Part shown: positions 10,701 through 22,700 of the stretch, piece by piece | Numbering within the stretch: position 1 is the first letter of the stretch | Layout: every line of letters starts with the position of its first letter | Source: Asterias rubens | Lineage: Eukaryota | DNA: 64,000 nt | NCBI RefSeq assembly: GCF_902459465.1 | Contig: NC_047068.1 | Location: 10,478,001-10,542,000 of the forward strand | Reading direction: 5' to 3' | Notes under the pieces: generated by a model | Seen by the model: only the letters and a program-made list of their open reading frames with translations | The model's database searches: none | What the model was told of the DNA's origin: nothing | Program-made: the position numbers and the translations under genes

Positions 10701-13700
10701 GTAACGTTTTCTTATATGTAGCCGAAAAATCCGGAGCGGTTATGGTATGTCCACGCAGGAAGAATAATCTGCAATTGGAACATAAAATCTGACACAAAAA
10801 ATTTTGGGGGATAAATAAACCCCTTACTTTGAAGTGAGTCTGTTTCTCAAAATGCTTTGTACCATCGAAAGTTGTAGTACATGTGTATAGGCCTATAGTT
10901 GTCACCAAATAGGGGTTTTCGCCATTAATTTTAAGAGGGTACATTTTAAAATTGACATACATATTATTGCCTGTATATGATTTGTTACTGTGGAAACAAA
11001 ATAAACCTTGAAAAACCTTGAAAACCTTAGAGTGATTACCGAACGTAAACCTTCCCTTTAAGGCATACACAGCCACACTGGTTGCACTTTCGTAACCGCG
11101 CACCCGGGTCCAACATGTTTGTACGAAACGCAGCAAGCCTGCATCCATTCAGACCGGGCAGGGCAAGACGAAGCACCCCGTCTGGATGTCGCTAGAGACG
11201 GCGCAGCTGATCGTGGTATCCAGACAAAATACAAGTGTGCCCGTATAGGGGAGACAAGGAGGGTAAACAAAAGTGCAAAAGTCAGAGCTGTGTGTCTTGA
11301 AGGGAGTTGTAGAAGTTTTCAAAGCAATTTAATAAAAGAACAGTTTATGTTTGCGTGAACTGACTGCAAACAGAATATTTGAAACTGATAAAGCGTTTTG
11401 AAACTAATGTGACCATTTGTAAAAAAAAAAATACATAATATGGTTAGAACGAAAGTTGTATAAAATGATCCACACAAGTAGGTCTCGAAATTGCATGGTT
11501 TTCCTTGTAGTTGTGAGCTGAACTTACACAGCACGCCATTTTGTGCAGTCAAATATTGACTCCACAAAATGACGGGACGCGTTAGTTCGCAAAGAAAGTT
11601 AAAGGAAAACCGTGCAATTTCGAGGCAAATTTGTTGGAAACGTTATATTCTACTTTTAAAACATCTTTCTAAACATGCATTGTCATAACAAACGCCCTTT
11701 TAAAGACCAACTTTATTTGGTCCTTTAAAGTATTGGCACATGTAGGGCGCCCTCTGTCACATATCGGGGCATGGAAAATCAGGGGAAGTAGGGAATTAAG
11801 TTTATCTGAAAATAAATTCTACATGCAATTAAAACGTTTCAAAAATATTTTTAAATAATTACCTTTTAGATGGCTGGTTCACTCACTGATGATACCTGTA
11901 TACAATCTACTAATAAAATACTTCAATATCAAAATGTAAAGTTATGCAACAACAAAAAGCAATAATAAATCAGTGGAAATACACCAATACAAGATACAAG
12001 ATAACAAACATGATGAACACTTAGAATTATGAATATGAATGAAGTTAGTAAGCGTAAATATTTGCTTAGCATAACATAATTTGCTTCGCGTTTAGCTAGG
12101 TTACCAGCCAAAATGCCATGAAACTGCGCTACTGGTTCCCTGCTAATTTTCTGCTCGGCACATCAATTTGAATAGCAGAATAAATATTGACACAATGTCG
12201 ATAATTAGTGGAAGATTTTGTTTTTATTTTCATTCCTTGAGGAAGAAACACCACATAAATATTCTACAATTCTTGCATTAGTAAATATTAAATAAATTAA
12301 TAATAAAAAAATTCTGAACACTGAACACAAATTCTATTGATATACAGTCTGGTTACACGTAGAACACTAATCAAAGTGGTCATGGCGGAGACAAATGCTT
12401 TGCCTTTTAAGAGTTGCACTTTTGCTGTGTTTAAATCGCTCGGTGGTCATAAATATTGTTATCTGTGTCCCTTATACAGTCTGAGCAAGAAAAATAGTAC
12501 ATTTGTCATATATTAATTAACTTTCTTGCATTAAAATTGTTACAAGGCACAAACAGATTTCATATTTATATCAAAAAATGTACACTTTGGTGAAGAGAGA
12601 TGATGTAATTGTAGTAAATATAGAACGGTCATCTTTCATCAAACTAAATAATATTATATCAATAGAAGGAAAATAAATAAATATATACATTTAAAGAGAA
12701 TTCTTTGGAAGTTTTAGATGGGGGAACAAAATATTGGAAACTGAAAATGGAATTTGAATCGGTTTAAAGTCTTTGAAATTCATGTCTAGAAAACACACAA
12801 CCAACCAAAAAACAGTGTCTGTAGAAACAATCATCAATTTGTTGGTACTCAAATGGCAATTGGTTCTCCATATCAGTGTTGTAGCTATGGTGGGCGGTGG
12901 GCGGTGCTTGGCAGGCCTGACCAGAACCAACAAATTCCACTCAGCACTCTGAGCAAAATACACTGCGCTGCCCAGCACAAATTTCCCCCAGATTGCACTT
13001 CATCAATGATGGCCTTATATCTAAACATGAATAATTTTGTTCAACCGCTCGCCCTTTGTGGACTAAATTGGGTTTAGAGCCAACCACTAAAATTGGTCTA
13101 GCTACAACACTGGTCCATTTGTAGCATGGTGTGCACCCCAACCCTCTCCTATTGTGTCTTCACTGCATCTTGGGAACCTCATAAACAGACCATGTAACCT
13201 CTGTGTACAATCCAGGGTTCTCCTGGCAGGCGAGATACTATACACTGGTCATTATGGGTAACTTTACATTTAGTGTCATATTGTAGACAAAATTAAGGAG
13301 TTAATTGGGAGGGGGTAGAGGTAGTGTAATTAAGGGTGTGTGGACTGAATAATAATAATAATAATAATAATAGTGGCTTCTTATATAGTGCACATATAAT
13401 AACAATCATATTCGTCACTCAGTGACCTAAAGGCACTTTAACAAACAGTTTTTCTTGCAAGGTATGTGAGACTCAATTTGAATTATGAGATCTAATCCTT
13501 AGCACCATGTAATGGTTTACAAGGTCATGTGGCGCAATATGCTGCCAATCCAGCCAGGAACACCGGGGCGAACCCCTTCTCTCATCGATAAGTGCACTGG
13601 GTTCTTTTTTACGTGCGTTACACAAAACACAGGACCAACGGCTTTACGTCCCATCCAAAGGACGAAGCAATGGTTAAGTGTCTTGCTTAAGGACACAAGT

Positions 13701-16700
13701 GTCACAACTGGGACTCGAACCCACACTCTGCTGATCAGAAATAGTCATGGGTATTCTAATTGATAAAGCACATTTTGCATTGGCTCCAAAAATAGTTTCT
13801 GTGACCTGTGAATTGTCCCCAACAATTTGGTGATTTGTCCACAAGAACTAAAATATTCAAACGTAACAAACTCAGACTCAGCAACATTGAAACTCAATCA
13901 ACTCCTTCAATCCTACAATACAAAATGCTTTTCTTGAAAAGCTCACTTCCATATTTGCAAAGTTATTTCAACACAGTTAAATACATATAATTTGTTTCAC
14001 GTTGAAAAAAAGTATACAAAATAAATGATATTTTTGGTCACTTGCATTTGACTTTGTAGTTATTCACTGACAACAAGTCGACTGTTTCGTTTCGTTCAAA
14101 TCCACCTGCTGCAAAAACCATTCTGATGCAAATTTTGAATTTTCGTTTTTCTTAGAGAAATTGACCAGCCGCTCTGGAGGATGGCTCCTATTTATATTTC
14201 AACATGGCTGCTTTATGGCATATTGACCCATTTCACCTGACGTCATCATGCACTTTGATATATAACTCTGTGCTGTGCGTTATGCAGTGAAGTGCACATT
14301 TTAGGCGACGTGGCGTTAATACACGTAAACCTAACTGCCCACCAAAATGGTGAGCGTGGCATCAGTCGTCGCGTATGACGCGCGTGCAAGGAGTCAATAG
14401 ACCTTTCCATTGTTGATAAACAAAGTGCGCTGGTTGGCGTGGCCAGCCGAATTTAGCAAAACAATCGATCTTGTTTTTTAAAAATGTGACAAAATACAAT
14501 ATTTTCTGTAAATATTAATGAGCTGGAATACTTCAGATGATTTGTTAATTTGTCTCAAACAAATTCAATGTTTGTGTAACATTTCTACGAACTATGGCTA
14601 TCTGTTGATTTGCATTAATAGCTTTCCACAGGTTTCCATCCTCGGTTGGCAAAAACTCGGGCTGTGACGTTGCAAAAGAAAGGTCTATAGCTACGTCTTT
14701 TGGTCGGTACCTTGTGCAGCCGGACCTTTCCCACTTCACTTTTTACTTCCCCTACCTGACCCCTGACCTCCGTCCTTATTACTCGGCGTCTTTCGGTCCT
14801 CCGCCGGGGCCTTGTTGTTGTTGAGTAGAGGAGCAAGACGGCTCTGTAGCTCCTCAAACAATCCTTGCATGTCTTGAGTCTCCTCCCTCCTCTGGGGGTT
14901 AGGCGTTAGTGAGAAACAGACAAACAAACCAACCAACGAACAAACGGATGGCACACACACACATGTAAAAAAACAAACATTAGTATTCTGTGGGTGAGAA
15001 ACTATACCAGGTGAAAATTCCAGTTGAAACCCTTTTCATAAACAGTCAATTTATTTCAACTGTTTCAAACTGGGCCTAAGTTCATAGAGCTGCTAAGCAC
15101 ACAAATTTGCTTAGCATGAAATTTCTTCCTAGATAAAAACAGGATTACCAGCCAAATTTCTATTTGTTGCATATTGCTTGTTGTTTGCTTATCCTGAAAA
15201 TCACTTGGAAATTTGGTTGGTAATCCTGTTACTATTAAGGAAGAAATGTCATGCTTTGCAAATTTGTGTGCTCTATAAAATGGGCCCTGGTGTCCAACTG
15301 GTATCTGTTGGATTCAACTGGTAGCTCAACTGGTTTCAAAAGAAACCAGTCGAAACCAGTTGAAGGAAGTCGTTCCAAATGGTGGTGTGGTGTGGCGTCA
15401 ACGGGAACCAGTTCAAACCAGTCATCAATTTCCAGTTCAACTGGACCAGTTGGGACCAGTTATACACCAGTTGTACTGGTTTCAGCTGGATTTTTTACCT
15501 GGTTAATTATACACAACAGTCAAATGTGGTGGGAATATCAAAGGAGTGAGTTATTGTGATCAAAACTATCATCTTGCTTGGTGATTGGTCTGTGCAATGC
15601 ACCTCTGCACAATGTGTGTGTACCATTTCAGCCATTTTCGTAATCAATTCCTATTTTGCGTGCTTTTTGTCTCCCAAAATGGCAGACAAAATAGACCAAT
15701 TTGTACACACAACTTCTTATAGATTTCAAAATTACATTTCACAGCCCAGGGAGAAAATCACAAACTGAGATTTCATCCTTCCCAAATCCTTCAGATGACG
15801 CCAAATATCATCATTACTGTCGCAGAACGTCGAAAACTAAAACTCTCTAGTAACAAACCTTGACAACACAACTACTTTTTAGTAAACTGTATATTACTTT
15901 AATGTTTTCTAAAGACACGTGATAATTGGTGCAAGTGTGCGCAAGCTTGTCAACCTGCTGAAACCGAGGACTTTAACTAAAAGGAATCTGACCATAGGTG
16001 TAAGACCAAGTGGCAACTGCCCTTCCCCAAACCAGTGGGATAAGTTCAGGCACAGCAAGAAGAAAATAAATCATATTTTTATCCATTATTATAAAGTGGT
16101 ACATGTATGTGTGTTCTTATCTGTGTAAAATATTTGGCACATCAACCCCTCCCCCCCTAAAAAAAGACCCCCAACCCCCCCCCAAAAGACCCCCCCCCCC
16201 CCCACCATGAGAGTGTTCTTCCAGAGCAAGGATGTCCTCGCTGTTATCTATACACCGACTCAATAGACCCCTTGCAAAACGCAGACAGACCTCCGAACAA
16301 TACGCATTCTATCATTTCAACCATTTTGGGAGTCGGATCCTTTGAGCATGTTTGTGAACAACTTTGACTACCAAAAATAATGGCAGACAGAATAGGCCCA
16401 TGTAAGTGCACTCTGCATTGTGCAAGGGATCAGAGATATTGCTTAGAAAACTTTGTCCAAACAATGGAAGAATAAAGTCCTCGGTTTATGGAGTTGACAA
16501 ACGAGTGTTTGTGTTTGTTTGTATCAATTTATGAGAGGTTTCTACTCACCGCTTTGGTCTCTGTATCAATCTTCCTTCCAAGGTGAACTCGGACCGTCTG
16601 AATACTGCTCTCTACTTTACCAATTTGCTCTTTGAGCTAACGAGAGAATTATCACAAGAACAACTTGATCAAGTTTAATCTAACAGGTGCACTATAATAA

Positions 16701-19700
16701 TAATAATTTATCACATTTCTTTTGCTCTAGTTTACATCCGAGGATGTTCACAGGGGCGAATTAAACAAAAATTCCATACAAATTACAAGAAGTTACAAAC
16801 ATAAAAAGCAGACCCGAAAAGTCCATACAAATGCAGCAAAAGAACAAATTGCAAAAAGATCATACAAAACTGACACCCTCACCCCATGTGAAGGGGAACA
16901 AAAATTAAATTACAGACTACAAGCCTCCCTGAACAAGTAAGTCTTTAATTTAGCCTTGAAGGACCTCAGCGAATGAACACCCGACAAAAGAGGTGGTAGT
17001 GCATTCCATAACTTTGGAGCAGCCGAAATAATAGGTGCGATCACCAAAAGAGTGTAGCATTCTACCCCTAGGATACTCAAGTAGTGTTTCACCTGTTGAC
17101 CTCAGACTATAGACCCTTTGCACAATGCGGAACGCACCTCCTAAAGCAACTTTCCATCCGCACTGACATGGGTCAAAGTAACACTTGTGTTGGTGCTAAA
17201 CACACGTATTTTGCATGACTGTGTAAACAACGAAACACCTTTGGTGAAACTTTCTGATCAATTTTGGAGGTGCTCGTCATAGTGCTTCCAATTGATCAGA
17301 AAGTTTCACCAAAGGTCACTCGTTGTTTACACAGTCATGCAAAATGCATGTGTTTAGCACTAACACAAGTGTTACTTTGACCCCTGTCATGGCGGACGGA
17401 AAGTTGCTTTAGGAAGTGCATTTTGCGTTGTGCAAAGGGTCTATTTCTATGCTGTCTTTTGACAGTAAAAAGATCACAAACATAATAAGAAGTTAATAAG
17501 TGTATACATTTAGAAACGAGCAACAACATTTTAAAATGAATGTGAGTATGTTATGTGTGATGTGTTGTGGCCAAGAGGACTAGGGCATCGTAAATCAAAC
17601 TCTGATTGCCTATTCATCATCGGAGGAGTAGGTTCTAATCCCGATGTCATGATGTTTGAGTCCCTGAGCAAGACACTTCCATAAATTGTTTCAACCACTA
17701 GGAGCCTGGCTGGTAGAACAGGATGCACTACCTTTCTAACTTCTTACACAACAATTATGGTTAAGGGCACGAGTGTCATGACCGGGTATTGACCGCTAGA
17801 CCACTCGGCAAGACACGCCACAAGAGTTGGTAGCATCTAGAAAATGACAAGGGTTTGTTTTGTATTTGAGTACTGAATAATCAATCCTCAAGTCTGAGTT
17901 TGAGTCAGATTCATCTGAGTACGAGTTCTGAGTCATGGAACCAAGTCTAAGTCACAAGTTGTTCGAGCTTAAAAATAAAACATCAATATGTTGCTGTCTG
18001 GTTCTGAGTCTCAAACATTGACTGAAGGTCCTGAGCCCGAGTGCAGACTATCCGAGTCTGAGTCAGCAACCATTGGTGGGTGCTCAGGGAGGGAATATCA
18101 AGTTGAACAATTTCAAAGAGAAAAAAACCATGGATTACAAAGATAACTTATCAAATGAAAGCAAATAAATTGTTTCACAAACCTCTTCAAATTTCTTCCG
18201 TTGCTGCATAAATTTAAAAGGAAACGAAAAGTGATGTAAATAAAATGTTTGGGGACAATTTTCCTGCACATTATAGTACTTCAGATCTAACAAATCAAAG
18301 TAATTACTCAGGACAATAAGGTACTAGCAAAAATATGATAAAAGTATGCTTTCAGATGAGAAAAATAAACAAAAATTTGTTATTTAATCAGAATTAAACA
18401 GCATGATTTCACAGAGCTGATTAAGCACAACAAGATGACAAAAACATGCTTACTAGCATAAGATAACAAGTCAAGTTACCAATTATGCGTTTCTACAAAA
18501 TGCATAGGCACTGGTTTTGTACACATCACTCTGTGTGCAACTTTTTGCTTTTTTGTTTTCACAAAGTGAAATAATGTGCCTAGGACTAAACACCTCATCA
18601 AAACATTTGCAAGTTTGAAAACACATTGACCCTTCCATACTTAAAGAAGTGAGCTTTGCTTTGGTGTTAAAATGTTGTTGTTCTTAAATAGTAAGCAGAC
18701 TCCAAATCGACAGTTTGAAAAATAATTCAACTTCAGCTGTGTTTCGCTACAAACAAAACTTTTGCTATGGTGCACCATGCAGAAGTTTGTGGAGTAACCA
18801 TCGATATAACCCTTTAAGTTTGTTCAGAAAACCTCAACTCTTCTCGTACCTTATTGATAGTTTCTTCCATGTCGTCAATCCTAGCTTTCGTTGCCTCATC
18901 CACTTTGCCTCCGCCCTTCCCTTGGGCAAGTTTCTCCTTCTGACTGACCGGAATGACCGGTGCGGCCGGCTCAGCACCGACTGCCCCTGTACGCTTGACC
19001 TGTTCCAGATCTTGGACCAGCTGATTGTACTTAACCTGAAGGTCTTGACGGACCATCTGGACATCCCGGATTCTGAAAGAAAAAACAACAGTTTTGCTAA
19101 CAGTGTTTTTAAAAGTTATTGGTTTTGTTTACAATTACAAACTTTATTTGGGCGATTAACTGATCACATGTACACCATCCCAAACGGCGACCCCCAAAAA
19201 TGCGTCACAATCAGCCATTTTGAGATATGGTGGACACATGCCTTGGGTAAATTTGTCTATTTACACCGGAAAAAAAAGGCAGTACACTCCTGGTGTGTCC
19301 ACCATACCACGAACAAGCTAATAGCACTCTCAAGAGTCCTGTTTTCCTGCTCTGAAAACTGTCTAGCCATGCGGTCTAGTTTATTCATTTTTGATTTTTC
19401 AGGATTTCTTTATATCTGAAAAAAAGTATTAGCTACTTCCTTCAACCAGGCAGACAAAAAAAGTGATACAATATGCTTGAGAGCACCCTCAGACGGTCAA
19501 AAGTACGCAAATTACAGAATCTGAAATGGCCTCTCGTCATCGGATCTGTTCGGTGGCTTCTGCCTTCATAGATACCCATTAACATCTGGGTGAAGAAGAG
19601 CAATTAAAGGTTAAGTGTCTTGCTTAACGACACAATTCGAACCCACACCCGATGATTTACCCACCAGGCCCTAGTTTCAGGAAGCTGCTTAAGCATAAAT

Positions 19701-22700
19701 TAATGCTGAAACATTTTCTTCTTAGCTGAAGTAAGCAGGACACCAGTCACTGATTGTACATGTAACATAGTACTTTGGCTGGTAACCTTATTCTGGTAGG
19801 CGTACTTTGGTTGTGCTTAGCTGCTTTTTGTGCTTAAGCAGCTCTATGAAATTGGGTTGAAAACTTGAATCATCAGAACAATCAGCCACGGCACACAGAC
19901 GTCCTTTAAAAACAAACTTTCTTCAGGAGACTACGGGAGTTCATCTAGCTAAGGACTGACCTGTCTTTAGATTCTGAGTCTATTATTCCTTTCATGTCCT
20001 CCTGTAATGACTCGTTGGTTCGATTCATCTCACGGATCTGCAGGAATAAGAATCAATCGATTAGTACCGAAGTAACACTGCTGATCAGACCTCGTGCACA
20101 TGATGTCATTGGAGTAGGGCGCCCTCACTTAGAGGTCAAAAGAAGACGTCAAGTGAGAGCTTTTTAAATAATCGCAACCGAACAAAGCAACAGACATATG
20201 GCACCTATTACGAAGGACCTTTGTTTCTGGTGCTTGTGTGAAAGGGCCTAAAGATAGGGCTGGCCCTGTGCATTGGCCAACATCTTTGATGCTTGAAAGG
20301 CTATTATTGGCCGAGAGTCATGTGAAGGGCGTACTCGCGTAGAAGTTTCAATTGTTTTACATCATAGATGGTGGTCAATGATGTCATGTTTGTAATCAAC
20401 AGAGAGGATAACCTTCAAGATCTTGGTTTATAGGTATAAACGCCTCAACAACACAGCACCTGGCTTTTTATCCTCTAGCCCGTCTCCCCACTGGCCTGGC
20501 CACTGAAGCCTTTGCTCAGCATTTGGCACTACTCGCCTAATAGACCCCAACTCTGTCAAGCTTGCCAAGTAAGCATCAAGTTGCAAATTTTCTCATGTTG
20601 CTCCCCATAGCTGGAATGATCTACATGCGCCCATTCTTGATGTAGTGATGCTTTATAAATGCCTTATACTTATGTACATGTATGTACAGTAAATTTATCA
20701 ATTAAGTGTCTTACCTCTGGACCAAGCTCATCCATTCGTTCCTTGATCTGTTTGAGTTTCTTATCAGCACTGTCTCGCCAGTCATCAATCTGCTCAATTT
20801 TCTCTCCCTGGGTATCCAGCAAGGCTTTTGCTGCCTACAAGAGGTGGAAACAGAAGGAGATTTTAGTTGCCATTAAACCTGTCCTTTACAACACAGCCAA
20901 AACAATTTAGTAGCAAGAGGGTTAAAGGCATTAGACACTATTGGTAATTTTCAACGACCAGTAGTCTCACTTGGTGTATCCCAACATATGCATAAAATAA
21001 CAAACCTGTGAAAATTTGGACTCAATTGGTCACCGAAGTTGCAAGAGAATAATGAAGAAAAAACACCTGTGTGCTTTCTCAAGCAGATCTTGAGTAGGAG
21101 GAAATGGGACCATCCAAAATTCCGTAAAGGTTACGCATATGGTGGCCAATCTTAGAGTTATATATAAGAACTAGAGGGCGCACTGGTGATGCTTCTTGCA
21201 CAAACGCGACGGACCGCGAGAAAACACACGCACCATTCTGTACGCGCTTTGAATATGAAGTACACGTTGGAGTTTGTGTTTATTGAACGCTGACGCGATC
21301 TTTTGTCAACTTACAAAATGGCCGCACAAACACACGCTAAGCATTGCCTGTTTGTTCAACTTAGAAAATGGCCGCCTGCGCGCATGCCGGGGCGCGTATA
21401 TAAGCCAGTGCGCCCTCTAGTTCTTATATATAACTCTATGTGCACAACTCATTTTTTGTGAAGCAAATAAATTCGCTTAGCAGTTTTTTCTGCTTAGCAG
21501 AAAATTTTGCCCTATTGTCTTGGTCTTGGAAATGCAGGTCTCTGGCACAGTCCAGAATCATTGGGTCTTTGTGTCAGACTTCAGATCTGTCTTTTTGTAT
21601 AATAGTTGGGGGTTTGGTCTCGCTTTCAAGTTTGAATTTCATAGAGCTGTTGTAGCACAAAAAGGAGCTAAGCACAATAAAATGTTGCTTTCCAAAAGAG
21701 GGTTACCAGCCTTCAAAATACCATATACTTGCACCATCTGTGACTGGTTAAGTAATTTTTTTTTCTTTCTGGTTAAGCAGATTAATGAAAAATATCTTGT
21801 GCTTTGGGGCTTGCACCTACTCCACGGGAACACAGCAATCGGTAGCTTTGCACCCCAGCCCTCAAGTTGTTTCATAAAACCATAGAAAATAACATCGAAA
21901 TTCCAAATAAAATATGAGAATATCATCATTCAGTTTTCCCATAAACAGATATTTTAATTAATTGGTTTAGTGCTGTGCTTATTTTCTTTTTTGAATGGCT
22001 TTTTAAAAAGAGGATATTTTAACTAAATGGTTTAGGGCTGTGCTTATTTTCCTTTTTGATTGTGCATCTTTAAAAAGTGGAAGACAAAAATCAAAACAAC
22101 TTTGAATTCTTCTAAGGGATAGACCTCCATATTCTTTAGCACTGGCAGACGCGTTGATCTAGCCGTAGCTGTAGCCCAAGTCACCGTTTCAAACATGGAC
22201 TAAGCCTCTAGAAATTATCACTATGACAACAGCGCCCTCATTGTGGGCAATAGGAGGCTAATTATTGGACGGGAGCTGCTCTTGGTGCGTAAAAACATAC
22301 GTGTGAGCTCAGCATACCAGCAGAATTGCGTGTTATACAAGGATGGTATCAAACCAGGGTAACATCGGTGGGAGGCGACCGCTCTGCGCACGAGCCACCC
22401 AGGCCACTTTCTAATTGATCTGCCCCCCTTTTGCTTTAGTGAGGGCGCTGTTTGATGTCATATACAAGGGGGTCTAATACAAAAAGATTTCTAGCTTGTC
22501 AGACTACTTCTACTGAATGTGGAAGAGTGATGATTAAACAGCAAATAAAGTATGATCTCAATATTTATCAACTATTACCTTTTTATGGCCAAATAGACAT
22601 CGTATGATACGGGTTATTAAACCATTGTACACTCAAAATTTGCATTAATTAGTCATAAATATCTCGAGTCAAAAATGCACCCGGCCGCGCGGCTTTTTCA

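Noticed and set aside
11058-11358. Overlapping GC-richer ORFs as a possible transposase or extra exon
   Set aside because: No catalytic motifs, no compatible splice phases, and adjacent to MITE ends
18715-19419. 234-aa plus-strand ORF (longest in the track)
   Set aside because: Antisense shadow of exon 15 plus intron/repeat sequence; no recognisable protein features
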